Below, in pieces: positions 18,901 to 27,556 of a stretch of 46,472 bases of DNA; position 1 is the stretch's first letter, and each line of letters begins with the position of its first letter. The translations under genes and the position numbers were made by a program. The notes under the pieces are model-generated. The model was not told the DNA's origin. It searched no databases and worked only from the letters and a program-made list of their open reading frames with translations. Source of the DNA: an uncultured Bacteroidota bacterium (GTDB lineage: Bacteria; Bacteroidota; Bacteroidia; Chitinophagales; LD1); assembly GCA_903889265.1 (NCBI GenBank), contig CAISWS010000403.1, positions 1-46,472 of the forward strand, in the 5' to 3' direction.

Positions 18901-18954
18901 AATGAGTGCGGAGATAAAAATGAAGATAAAACTGAGTAGAATTTTTTGCTTCAT
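15907..18954 (-). CDS. TonB-dependent receptor with carboxypeptidase-regulatory-like N-domain
   Basis: 1015 aa with a signal peptide. ISGVVRDETKHPLPGATVSV module, plug region (VDELKGTAGVD, VVVRGF), long beta-barrel ending in aromatic ...KAQVTF. No adjacent SusD-like gene. Confidence 0.9.
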   Translation of the reverse strand: MKQKILLSFIFIFISALIFAQTTITISGVVRDETKHPLPGATVSVPGTTIGTTTDSVGKYSLVVPKDAKTVVISYIGYDNKEFPVKGDGGDYKLNTDMASSDISLNQVVVSVSKEKEKLLDAPASITVIGRDKLETNVVTTPVDELKGTAGVDIMRTGLISSNVVVRGFNDIFSGSVLNVVDDRIGSVPSLRINAYQLVPTSDLDYDRIEVIRGPASALYGPNASSGVIAITTKSPLDQVDQFETTVAMTSGFTVLGNTLEPNATGGMSTYRQDNGGKALSGNIINPEFRHSGRTKNGIFGYKISGGYLQGQDYPSYDSREPYTGDSLVFGSVHNGGTFTPDTLQKYTHVANGETVLDSFKLDTRKFKKDFFIRKWNADARFDIKPTKDILITINGGVSSTHNIELTGLGAAQAGGNGGWIYWYLQAKFKWKNLFIQYFINSSDAGTTYIIPQLSQSARGSYPYEVQSLIDKSKLHVLQIQHSWRPISKLNFVYGGDAQFVRPNTEGTINGVFEPVDAVNMAGLYLQGTYDPLKWLKLVAAFRADYNSIIGNVAASPRAAIVFKVAENQDIRLTYNRAFDAPNTLDQFLDLAQTQLPNGMYARGIGNPYGYNYMYDGNANVEFKTAPWGGVGSWVPFSNSTNSASVTAAQSAASVAQFDSVQNYLAKVFASQPGITYQEAQSLLKNVFNGIGGANGTVASATYKALNLNTFGSTGDYGQSTIPNSVAASVSNLKKINNQYTQTMELGYKGFLFHKLNIQVDAYWTRINNYVSALTPASMGVVYNNSFLGPDNSTGQLYKNLYVNYGGYYSKLLSGLNGEAALRNTTITGPIKDSTWDALVVLLSQLPIGSITPNSKNVNSDYILTFENLGRLDVFGFDMSLQYNLYETNQHNVVLASTLSYVDKDQFILSTGQGVPLNAPKAKFSFSFNHTLKQSGFGYGLQFRYQMPYYGESSVYEGQVAPMYILDASISYRLKWYKKLLLAVNVNNVTNYQWSAFPGTPLMGTQCYIKAQVTF

Positions 18955-19044
18955 ACACGTCAGGTTTTGGTTATCGAATCAGAAAACAGAAAAAATTACA
19001 GACTAGAAAATCTTATACCTTCAGTTTGCATTTCTAATCGCTTT

Positions 19045-19088
19045 AAAAAATGCAACAAAATTCCAGCACCGGCGGCTTTCACCGCTGG
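19045..19088 (-). terminator. candidate intrinsic terminator downstream of the E2 gene
   Basis: The minus strand reads CCAGCGGTGAAAGCCGCCGGTGCTGG (bulged hairpin, 19088->19063), followed by AATTTTGTTGCATTTTTT. Confidence 0.4.
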
Positions 19089-19133
19089 CTAAGCCAATAA
19101 TAAACAATTACTTCTTATGTTTAAAGAAACCGC

Positions 19134-20444
19134 TTAAATATCTCTGTTAACATCAAAATGTTCAAGATAATCTGCCACCTTCCTTACAAACGAACCACCC
19201 AAAGCACCGTCAATAACCCGGTGGTCGTACGAGTGCGAAAGGAACATCATATGGCGGATACCGATAGTATCTCCTTCAGGTGTTTCAATAACTACAGGTT
19301 TTTTCTTAATAACACCAGTGGCCAGTATAGCCACCTGAGGTTGCAGAATAATGGGCGTACCCATCACATTGCCAAAAGTGCCTACATTTGAAACGGTGTA
19401 TGTGCCACCTTCTATTTCATCCGGTTTTAATTTTCCTTCTCTTGCGCGGCCGGCAAGGTCATTTACCTTTTTAGCCAGGCCCACCAGGTTAAGCATGTCG
19501 GCATTTTTAATTACCGGTACAATCAGATTACCGCTCGGCAAAGCTGCTGCCATACCTACATTAATATCCTTCTTTAAAATAATGTTGGTTCCATCAACAG
19601 ACGAGTTCACCAATGGAAAATCGCGCAGGGCGCGGCTTACCGCTTCAATAAAAATGGGAGTAAAAGTGATGTTCTCCTTATACAGGTCGTGAAACTTCTT
19701 TTTTATTTTGTTTCTCCATAAAACAATATTGGTTACATCGGCCTCAACAAAAGAAGTAACATGGGCAGAGGTATGCCTGCTCTTCACCATGCTGTCGGCA
19801 ATCAGGCGCCTCATCCGGTCCATTTCAATCACTTCAACATTGCCCGAATATGATTTTGCAGCAATCCCTGGTGCTTCCATCTTAGGCGGCTCAACCACCC
19901 GCACTTCCTGCACTGGCTCCTGTATTACCGCTTGCTGCTGTCCACGGTTTTGTATATGCGCCAGTATATCTTTTTTAGTAACCCTTCCATCAGCCCCGGT
20001 ACCTGTCAAAGATTCAAGTTCACTCATCGAAATTCCTTCCTGGCGGGCAATATTTAATACCAGCGGCGAATAAAACCGGTCGGCATTTATAACAGAATGG
20101 GTAGTCGCCACGGCTGCTTTCACTTCAGTTTTTAACGGTGCCGTAAAAGATTCAGTTTTTGTAACTACCGGAGGTTGGGGAACAGAAGTTGTTGAACTGC
20201 CCACCGAAGTTTCAAGTATTGCCACAGCTTTTCCAACTGCAATAACATCGCCTTCCTTATAAAGCAGCTTCTGTATAACCCCGGCCACAGGCGATGGAAC
20301 TTCTGAATCAACTTTATCGGTAGCAATTTCTAAAACAGCTTCATCCAGCTTAACACTTTCGCCTTCCTTTTTCAACCATTTTAAAATCGTTGCTTCGGTT
20401 ATGCTCTCGCCCATTTTGGGCATTATCAATTCAAATTGCGCCAT
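19134..20444 (-). CDS. 2-oxoacid dehydrogenase complex E2 (dihydrolipoamide acyltransferase)
   Basis: Lipoyl domain LEIATDKVDSEVPSP, E3-binding domain SPLVLNIARQEGISMSELESLTGTGADGRVTKKDI, and catalytic domain with SHSYDHRVIDGA. Confidence 0.9.
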   Translation of the reverse strand: MAQFELIMPKMGESITEATILKWLKKEGESVKLDEAVLEIATDKVDSEVPSPVAGVIQKLLYKEGDVIAVGKAVAILETSVGSSTTSVPQPPVVTKTESFTAPLKTEVKAAVATTHSVINADRFYSPLVLNIARQEGISMSELESLTGTGADGRVTKKDILAHIQNRGQQQAVIQEPVQEVRVVEPPKMEAPGIAAKSYSGNVEVIEMDRMRRLIADSMVKSRHTSAHVTSFVEADVTNIVLWRNKIKKKFHDLYKENITFTPIFIEAVSRALRDFPLVNSSVDGTNIILKKDINVGMAAALPSGNLIVPVIKNADMLNLVGLAKKVNDLAGRAREGKLKPDEIEGGTYTVSNVGTFGNVMGTPIILQPQVAILATGVIKKKPVVIETPEGDTIGIRHMMFLSHSYDHRVIDGALGGSFVRKVADYLEHFDVNRDI

Positions 20445-20677
20445 TGCGTTGTTCGGTTTAACCGGGGTAAAAATAAAGGGATTGGGGAGAATTTAGAATT
20501 AACATAAAAGATTCAGGATTTCATCGTCCTTTTTTATGGAATAACTAAAACCTACTGCAAATTACAACATAAAATGTAAAATGAGCTTTTCAGGGGCAAT
20601 TCCTGCAAAACCACGAATTCTCTCGGGCAAACCACCGGGTTATACCTAAATTAGCACAGCCTTTTTGGGGCAAAGCG

Positions 20678-21592
20678 ATGGTGAATAAAATCATAAGGTC
20701 CGTTTTTTTTGGCAACTATTTTATAGGGGTGCTGGCTATTGCTTTGTCGTTAGAAACCGTTATTCAACATCGCCTGCCTTTTAATTCCATTGCATATTAT
20801 GCCCTGCTTTTTTGCGGCACTATCATGTATTATACCTATGCGTATGCGGGGGTGCTCCAATCCTATTCTACAGATAATCCCCGCTCGGTCTGGTATCAGC
20901 AACATCAGGCACTGGTAAGGTTTAGCCAGATATCTTTATTGCTGCTTTGCTGCATTTTCGGGGTCAGGGAGTTGTTGAATACTATTGCAAACCTGCGCTC
21001 ATTACCCTGGATATACTGGCTGATAATGGTTGCCATTGGCATGGCTGGTATTTTATATTACGGGCTACTACCAGGCGCACTGGTAAAACTAAACCTGCGC
21101 AATACCGGTTGGCTAAAAGCATTTGTAATCGGATTTGTCTGGGCCGGGTGTGTAAGCCTTTTACCCATCATTGTACTCCAGCTCGAACAAGGCGCTTATT
21201 CAGCTGACCCTGTTCTTGTAGTGTGGCTCTTTATTAAAAACTGGATGTTCTGCACAGTAAACGCCATTATGTTTGACATGAAAGATTATGCCGATGACAC
21301 CAACAAACAACTAAAAACCTTTGTGGTCCGGTTCGGGCTTCGCAATACTATACTTTTTGTATTAACACCCTTATGTTTGATAGGCATCTTTTTTACGCTG
21401 ATTTTTGCACTTTACAGGTGCTTTACTTTTTTACCTGTGCTGTTTAATGTGCTGCCCTTTTTGTTGCTACTGGCGGTAACCTATACCATGCAGCGCCAAA
21501 AGGATATTTTCTTCTACCTTATAGTGATTGATGGCCTGGTATTTATAAAAGCAATTTGCGGAATTGCGGGCATGGCTTTTGTTGCAGGTTAA
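20678..21592 (+). CDS. polytopic membrane protein, UbiA prenyltransferase superfamily-like (only the second Asp-rich motif is recognisable)
   Basis: 304 aa with ~8 hydrophobic helices. NAIMFDMKDYADDTNKQLKTFVVRFG resembles the UbiA second motif (D..D...D...kT....G). No canonical NxxxDxxxD first motif was found. Confidence 0.4.
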   Translation: MVNKIIRSVFFGNYFIGVLAIALSLETVIQHRLPFNSIAYYALLFCGTIMYYTYAYAGVLQSYSTDNPRSVWYQQHQALVRFSQISLLLLCCIFGVRELLNTIANLRSLPWIYWLIMVAIGMAGILYYGLLPGALVKLNLRNTGWLKAFVIGFVWAGCVSLLPIIVLQLEQGAYSADPVLVVWLFIKNWMFCTVNAIMFDMKDYADDTNKQLKTFVVRFGLRNTILFVLTPLCLIGIFFTLIFALYRCFTFLPVLFNVLPFLLLLAVTYTMQRQKDIFFYLIVIDGLVFIKAICGIAGMAFVAG

Positions 21593-21614
21593 AATCAACA
21601 TTTTAAAATAAATT

Positions 21615-22241
21615 ATGGCTGCCAACTACGACAAAATTGCAAAGGTTTACGACCTGTTAAGCCGTATGGTTTATGGCAATCATATCCGTAAATCGCAGGT
21701 GTGCCTTTTGAAGTACATCCCGGCTGGCAGTTGTATCTTAATTGTAGGGGGAGGCACAGGTTGGATATTGGAAGAAATAACAAATCAATTTAATGCCGGC
21801 CTTACAATTGATTATGTCGAATCTTCCTCTCAAATGATAACCCTTTCAAAGAAAAAATGGCATGGGGATAACCACGTAAGCTTTATTAACCTGCCTATAG
21901 AAAATTTTACGGCCGGCCATTTGTACGATGTAGTATTAACCCCATTTTTGTTTGATAATTTTGATGCCGCAAAAGCCGGACTGTTATTTAACAATATGCA
22001 CGGGCAATTAAAAACCAAAGGTATCTGGCTTTACGCCGATTTCGTTTATATCGAAAACGAAAGCCCCGTATGGCAAAAAATACTGCTAAAAACCATGTAC
22101 CTTTTTTTCCGCCTTACCAGCAATATTGAAACCAACCAACTGGAAAATATGGAAAGCAGTTTTAATAACCGTTATCAAAAAATATTTGAAAGCTGGTTTT
22201 ATGGCAGATTCATCAGGTCCCAGGCTTATCAAAAACTTTAA
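21615..22241 (+). CDS. class I SAM-dependent methyltransferase
   Basis: Motif I ILIVGGGTGW. 208 aa. Lies 22 nt downstream of the UbiA-like gene on the same strand. Confidence 0.8.
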   Translation: MAANYDKIAKVYDLLSRMVYGNHIRKSQVCLLKYIPAGSCILIVGGGTGWILEEITNQFNAGLTIDYVESSSQMITLSKKKWHGDNHVSFINLPIENFTAGHLYDVVLTPFLFDNFDAAKAGLLFNNMHGQLKTKGIWLYADFVYIENESPVWQKILLKTMYLFFRLTSNIETNQLENMESSFNNRYQKIFESWFYGRFIRSQAYQKL

Positions 22242-22248
22242 GCAGCAG

Positions 22249-23127
22249 CTACTTGCTCAAAATCTTAACCTCCACCCTCCGGTTTAATACCTTGTCATGC
22301 TCGGTAAATTCTTGTACCAAAGGAAATTTAGCCCCAAGGCCAATATAGGTCATCCGGTCGCGTTCAACTCCGTTTTCAGAGAGATATAAATAAATCTCCC
22401 GGGCCCGTTCAATAGACAAATCCTCTTTATAGGTATCCTCATCAAACGCATCGCCCTGGTAATTTGGCAAACAACAAACATGGCCGCGTATTTCAATTTT
22501 TAAGGTTTTATTCAACAGCATGGTATTCAGCAATATTTTCAAGGCATTCATCGACCTCTCTAAAATCAAATGACGGTCAGGATAAAAATTAATATCCGGC
22601 AACTGAATAATATCGTTTACCTGCACCTTGCTGATATCAATGGTTTTTAGGTTTGTAGTATCCCTAACGCCTGAGTTTACCACAGCGCCCTTTTTTGCAG
22701 GTGTTTTAAGCTGAACAATTATTTCAACCCTACGGTTATCATCGCGGTTAGCCGGTGTTTGATTATCGTTAAGAGGCTTGCGTTTACCATAACCTTTAAC
22801 ATTAGAAATTAAAGAATCACCTATTCCGTTTAACACCAGGTAGGCCTTTACATTTTGAGCCCTTTTAAACGAAAGCGCATCATTATAAACATTACTGCCA
22901 ACCGAATCGCAGTGCCCCGCAATTTCAATTTTCGCAACTGCCAGGGTGTCGGACTTTAAAAAAAGTATCAGGCTATCTAAATGAGATTTGGTCTGGGAAT
23001 TTAAATCGTAAATATTAAAATCAAAATGAACGGTCCATTTGAAAATTGATATGGCATCTGTAAAAGCACTCAATTGCTCATCTGAACAGGCTATAAGAAT
23101 CATACAGATAGCAATTACCTTTTTCAT
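22249..23127 (-). CDS. OmpA-family lipoprotein with two OmpA-like domains
   Basis: Lipoprotein-type signal MKKVIAICMILIAC. Two peptidoglycan-binding OmpA modules end in NRRVEIIV and NRRVEVKI. Confidence 0.8.
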   Translation of the reverse strand: MKKVIAICMILIACSDEQLSAFTDAISIFKWTVHFDFNIYDLNSQTKSHLDSLILFLKSDTLAVAKIEIAGHCDSVGSNVYNDALSFKRAQNVKAYLVLNGIGDSLISNVKGYGKRKPLNDNQTPANRDDNRRVEIIVQLKTPAKKGAVVNSGVRDTTNLKTIDISKVQVNDIIQLPDINFYPDRHLILERSMNALKILLNTMLLNKTLKIEIRGHVCCLPNYQGDAFDEDTYKEDLSIERAREIYLYLSENGVERDRMTYIGLGAKFPLVQEFTEHDKVLNRRVEVKILSK

Positions 23128-23168
23128 GATACGTAAACGGGGTTAATAAATGCTTATTGCCCATTAAT

Positions 23169-23537
23169 CTACTTGCCGAAAAACATTTTCAGGGCGGTTA
23201 ACATCATAAATCCGGCAAATAATTTTTTCATGATATCAACCGGCAGGGAAATTGCCAGTTTGGAACCAAACCAGCCGCCAAAAATAAAAGCAGCCGCTAT
23301 CACAAGGGCATATTTAATGTCCAGGTACCCGGCTTTATAATAATTCATGGCCGCAAGGATACCAATGGGTGGTAACATAACTGCCACACTGGTACCCTGT
23401 GCCTCTTTCGGCCCCAGGTTAAGCAACATTATCAGCGCAGGCACAATAATAAGTCCTCCGCCAACACCAAACATACCGCCCAGCACACCCGCTGCAATGC
23501 CAATAAGAATTAAAACAAAAAGAGTATATGTATCCAT
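23169..23537 (-). CDS. half-size TauE/SafE-family anion exporter
   Basis: ATG at 23537; the ORF track starts at 23585. 122 aa with 4 TM helices. GGMFGVGGGLIIVPAL and GTSVAVMLP motifs are typical of TauE/SafE. Confidence 0.7.
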   Translation of the reverse strand: MDTYTLFVLILIGIAAGVLGGMFGVGGGLIIVPALIMLLNLGPKEAQGTSVAVMLPPIGILAAMNYYKAGYLDIKYALVIAAAFIFGGWFGSKLAISLPVDIMKKLFAGFMMLTALKMFFGK

Positions 23538-23642
23538 AATTTTGATTTTAAAGCTAAAATCGGCAAAATCAGAATAACAACACACCGGCTTGGCTAACCG
23601 CTGGCCAGAAGTTGTACACCGGTTGACACACCTTTATTGGCA

Positions 23643-24077
23643 TTACTTTCCTCCTAAAATAAAAGTAGTTATCTGTTCGGTTTCAACTGTTCTTTCGCAC
23701 AGCAGGTTTAAAAGCATATCGAAACTTTTAAGATCAGCATCGTCTATTTCAGAATAGTTAAATATGTAAGTAAAAAGGGCTTCATAACCGGTGTTCCCGG
23801 TGCTGTTGATATGGTCCATCAGTTCGCCTGAATCGTCTTTTACATCCAGGGTGCAATTGCGCAGGCCCTCCCAGTTGGTATAAGCATGCAACACTATAGT
23901 ATCTGTTTTTAGCAGGGTATCCAGTTTAAGAGTAGGTGCATCGGCAAAGGTAGAGGTGGCCACCAGTTTACTATTCAGATAAATATCAACTCTATCCAAA
24001 CCTGCACAAGCAAACTGCGAATGCACGGCACAAGGGAAAATAAAAAGCAGTATCACAAAGTGCAAAAATAGCCTCAT
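23643..24077 (-). CDS. small secreted protein, tandem paralog A (unknown family)
   Basis: 144 aa with a signal peptide. Shares a collinear pattern with the next two genes (LDRV.IYLN.KL, DT[IL]V..A, GL.N.T.DVKDD.G, F.Y.FN). Confidence 0.65.
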   Translation of the reverse strand: MRLFLHFVILLFIFPCAVHSQFACAGLDRVDIYLNSKLVATSTFADAPTLKLDTLLKTDTIVLHAYTNWEGLRNCTLDVKDDSGELMDHINSTGNTGYEALFTYIFNYSEIDDADLKSFDMLLNLLCERTVETEQITTFILGGK

Positions 24078-24079
24078 GC

Positions 24080-24514
24080 TTATTTTTTGGGAATCATAAT
24101 AATTGCAATAGTGGGCGGTGAAAGATTACGGATGGGGTCTGCATTCAAAAAAACCTGTATAGACATTACTTTGACCGCGTCAATTTTTTTTATGTTAAAA
24201 ACATATTCAAAATCCGCTGAGTTGTTGCTGCTGTTCATATCCTGAATCCTCTCAATAGGCACACCTGTATCATCTTTTACGTCAATACTTGAATTGCCGA
24301 GGCCACCCAAATCAGTACGTGCTTTAAAAACAAGTGTATCGCCATCCTTTATATTATCAATGTGTACCACACCGCTTTCATCGGCGCGCCAGGTACCTGC
24401 CAGCTTGTTGTTGAGAAAAACGAAAACGCGGTCTAACTCGTCATAGCGGTAAGCTGGTGCCAACAGTGAGTTGAAAGCAAAACATAGTATAAGACAAAAA
24501 CGCACCTTATTCAT
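24080..24514 (-). CDS. small secreted protein, tandem paralog B (unknown family)
   Basis: 144 aa with a signal peptide. Its stop is 2 nt from the start of paralog A. Motifs: LDRVFVFLNNKL, DTLVFKARTDLGGLGNSSIDVKDDTG, FEYVFN. Confidence 0.65.
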   Translation of the reverse strand: MNKVRFCLILCFAFNSLLAPAYRYDELDRVFVFLNNKLAGTWRADESGVVHIDNIKDGDTLVFKARTDLGGLGNSSIDVKDDTGVPIERIQDMNSSNNSADFEYVFNIKKIDAVKVMSIQVFLNADPIRNLSPPTIAIIMIPKK

Positions 24515-24593
24515 AAACCCCTGTTTCTTTTAATAAAAAGAATACATCCGTAAGTTAAACAAACTTTGCGCCAAAACCGGAGATAAAACGGAC

Positions 24594-25037
24594 TTAGTGC
24601 CTGGTATCTAAAAAAATAAGCGCTACATTATGCGGCTCAGGGTCGTTATCCTGGTGTACATCAAGGATAACCTGAAACCGGCGGTCCTTCATTTTTTTTA
24701 CATTTTCCCGGTTCAGCACGTATATAAAAGTAGCCTCACTTTCATCCTCCAACCTGGTCAACCTGGCAACTTCTTCTATTAAATTTCCTGCCATGTCCCA
24801 TAACTGAAGCGTGGACCTTTTTAAGCCCCCAGACCCTGAAATTGCCTGAAAAACAAGTGTATCCGGCGGAAACATCGTATCAATCTGCATGGTAATCGGC
24901 CGCTTATCTTTTGGCCAGCTTTGAAGCAAAAAATGGCCTACATAAATATTTACCTTTTCAACGCCTGCCGGTGGAGATGCCAATGTCCGCAAAACAAATA
25001 TCAACAATAAACCAATGCAACAGATAATCCTGACCAT
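24594..25037 (-). CDS. small secreted protein, tandem paralog C (unknown family, most divergent)
   Basis: 147 aa with a signal peptide. Motifs: VEKVNIYVGHFLL, DTLVFQAISGSGGLKRSTLQLWDMAGN, FIYVLN. Confidence 0.6.
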   Translation of the reverse strand: MVRIICCIGLLLIFVLRTLASPPAGVEKVNIYVGHFLLQSWPKDKRPITMQIDTMFPPDTLVFQAISGSGGLKRSTLQLWDMAGNLIEEVARLTRLEDESEATFIYVLNRENVKKMKDRRFQVILDVHQDNDPEPHNVALIFLDTRH

Positions 25038-25143
25038 ACTTTAAACCAACAATTCAGTTAAACAAAATTACCTTTTTTGTGTTGGCATAACCCCACATTC
25101 ATACATCATTGCCCCCTGTTGCGCTTTGCTTACCAAAACTGAA

Positions 25144-27000
25144 TCATCTACCCGACTGTAACGGAAGCGAAACAATCCTTATAAAATCAGGATTTGTAAC
25201 TGATGAAATAATTACTTTAACCACATCCCCTCCAGCAGGTTTTTTATTGGGTGAGATTTCAAGATTTACCGACTTTCCACTTCGAATCACCTGCGTGGTT
25301 AACTCGTTTCCATAAGCCCCTTTAACTGAGGATATTTTAACCTTATAGCGATCCTCTTCTGTACCGGCATTGAAAATTCTCAGTTTACATGAGGGTGCTC
25401 TATCACATAAAATATCACTGTCGGTAGTTACACTAAAATAACAGGGATAAAGAGATGAAGTATAATATACCTGGTATAATGAATTTGGTTGCCACGCAGA
25501 AAAGTTGAGGTCATATTTCTCCATCTCGGCCTGCCATACTACTTTTTTTTCACGTGTAACTTCAAAAACCCTGTTCGTTTTACCCATACAAACCAACAGG
25601 TTGCCGTCTTTTAGCTCGTTAATACTTCCGCCACGCAGGCTGTGGTAAACAATACCATCAAACCTGCAGTCAAATTTCCAAAGCAACCTGCTTTTTGCAC
25701 TGTCCGAGAATATAACCACGCTTGAAGGCTCAACAGGTAAACCACTATTGGCAGATGGCAAATTGCCGTTACTAAAAACAGCTATAGAACCATCATGTAA
25801 CAAAGTTACATCGTGTTGCTTGGCAAAAAAACCGTCGCCATCATCAGCACCGCCCAGGGGCATAGCGGCACCCCAGCTGCGAATGGCTTTTCCGCTTTTC
25901 AAATCGATTTTTACAACCCTGCTTACATTGCGGAAACCGGCAAAAACAAAACCATTTTTTTCATCCACATCAAAAGCGTTTAAATGCCCGCCCGGCTCCC
26001 TGGCAAGAACACCTGAGTCAGGTGGTGCCTGCAACATGTTCTTTACCTCATCAAGCGTAAAGTAATTCTTCGAATTCCAACTCCATATCAATCTGCCCTT
26101 TTTATCAAACTCTTTAATGATATCGTACTGCAGGCCGGTTGCCCCGCCAATTATCCTCGGTGCGGTGGGTATCGACATCGGCGCGCCGGCAGGTTGCCGT
26201 TGTAATTCACCCACCGACAGGCTTGCAGGCGCCGCTGTTTGCGATGGATTGACAGTTGAAATAAGTGAAGGCGGAACCGGTTCGTTAATTTTACTTTGCA
26301 CCATATAATTGCCATCCGCAAGGCGTTTAAAACAATGGTTATAGCTATAAGGGTTAGGCATTAAACCTTTTACAGAGTCAGGTAATACGGTGTTTTTAGG
26401 TGCCATCCATAAAATATTACCATTCAAATCACTTTCAACGGCCTTTCTTCCTTCCAAAAAAGTAAGCGTTCCCGCCCGGGTAAGTTGCAAATCATTAATT
26501 TCCCCTTCGGGCCTGCCGGTTTCAGAATCCGGAGGTAAAAACCAAACAAAATTTCCGTTACGGTCAGCTATGGTACGCACTTCATCCAATACTAAAAGGC
26601 CGGTCTCATTTGCGTTGACATCATTATTTAAAACCCTTAACCGGTAAACACTTGTATCAGCATATTTATTTTTTAATATCTCAAAACTCATTGGTCCCAC
26701 CCAACCGGTTTGCCTGCCACTTTTTATTCCGGTGTATTTCCAGCTGTATTTCCTGCCAAATTGAAGGCCACTGATCATAGTAGCTGTTGAAGAATCAATA
26801 CTTTCAGCAACCTTAGATATTTTTTCATCTCCGTTATCTGCATACACTTGCAGCAAATAAACCTCTGCGCCTGGCACTTTTGGATGCTCGAACATAACCT
26901 GGGTATAATTCAGCTTAGCTCCTTCCGCAGGCCACATTTGTCCGTGCGCTAAATGCGAAACTACCAGTAGAAATAATAAAACTGCTCCTTTATAACCCAT
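25144..27000 (-). CDS. aryl-sulfate sulfotransferase (ASST)-like secreted beta-propeller protein, paralog 2
   Basis: 618 aa, collinear with 11320..13080. Shared motifs are GAKLNYTQVMFEHPKV vs GARLNYNQIMFECEKV, NHCFKRLADGNYMV, KQHDVTLLHDGSIAVFSNGN and SSLYPCYF. It has an extra Pro/Ala-rich insert (PVPPSLISTVNPSQTAAPASL...). Confidence 0.55.
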   Translation of the reverse strand: MGYKGAVLLFLLVVSHLAHGQMWPAEGAKLNYTQVMFEHPKVPGAEVYLLQVYADNGDEKISKVAESIDSSTATMISGLQFGRKYSWKYTGIKSGRQTGWVGPMSFEILKNKYADTSVYRLRVLNNDVNANETGLLVLDEVRTIADRNGNFVWFLPPDSETGRPEGEINDLQLTRAGTLTFLEGRKAVESDLNGNILWMAPKNTVLPDSVKGLMPNPYSYNHCFKRLADGNYMVQSKINEPVPPSLISTVNPSQTAAPASLSVGELQRQPAGAPMSIPTAPRIIGGATGLQYDIIKEFDKKGRLIWSWNSKNYFTLDEVKNMLQAPPDSGVLAREPGGHLNAFDVDEKNGFVFAGFRNVSRVVKIDLKSGKAIRSWGAAMPLGGADDGDGFFAKQHDVTLLHDGSIAVFSNGNLPSANSGLPVEPSSVVIFSDSAKSRLLWKFDCRFDGIVYHSLRGGSINELKDGNLLVCMGKTNRVFEVTREKKVVWQAEMEKYDLNFSAWQPNSLYQVYYTSSLYPCYFSVTTDSDILCDRAPSCKLRIFNAGTEEDRYKVKISSVKGAYGNELTTQVIRSGKSVNLEISPNKKPAGGDVVKVIISSVTNPDFIRIVSLPLQSGR

Positions 27001-27194
27001 ATCATTATTCCAGAGGCAAAAGCACTCCCGGTTTTTATTCAGACAAACTTCCCGTCAACGCAATCCCAAGTTGCGGTCAAAAATATATTATTACCAGCAA
27101 ATAAAGAGTTTCTCACTGCCAGATCTTGCACAGGCCGGTTAAACAAAACTTAATTAAATTTGATAACAGGAATCAAACAAAAAGTACCCGCCCC

Positions 27195-27533
27195 ATGCCC
27201 ATCATCACAGACGATTACATGAAGCAAATGCTTGCCACCACTAAAAATTATTCAATCATGACTTTAAGGCCAGGCCCCAACATGAACCACCCTGAGCTTA
27301 AAAAAATCATCTGGGAACACGGCAGAAGAAACTTTGAGCTAAGGGCCGAAGGTTTGCTATCGATAGTTTGCCCAGTTACTGAAGAAGCCGACATACAGGG
27401 CTTCGGTATTTTTAATACCGATGTGGAGTCGACAAAAAAAATACTTGATGGCGACCCCGCGGTCATCGCAGGTATTTTTGTTTATGATGTTTATCCGGTA
27501 AAGAGCTTCCCGGGAGATAGCTTACCTGTATAA
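27195..27533 (+). CDS. small cytoplasmic protein, possibly YciI-like
   Basis: ATG at 27195; the ORF track starts at 27126. 112 aa. GPN...EHGRRN..LRAEG...CPV...G..IF...DPAV.AG resembles the YciI-like alpha/beta fold pattern. Weak, recall-based. Confidence 0.35.
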   Translation: MPIITDDYMKQMLATTKNYSIMTLRPGPNMNHPELKKIIWEHGRRNFELRAEGLLSIVCPVTEEADIQGFGIFNTDVESTKKILDGDPAVIAGIFVYDVYPVKSFPGDSLPV

Positions 27534-27556
27534 GTAAAAACAAAATCCTCTTTAGT

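Noticed and set aside
18955-19133. GGTGAAAGCCGCC upstream of the TonB-dependent receptor looked like part of a cobalamin riboswitch core.
   Set aside because: No B12 box and none of the other conserved riboswitch segments are present, and the spacer is too short. The sequence forms a hairpin followed by a T-rich tract on the minus strand, so a terminator for the E2 gene explains it better.
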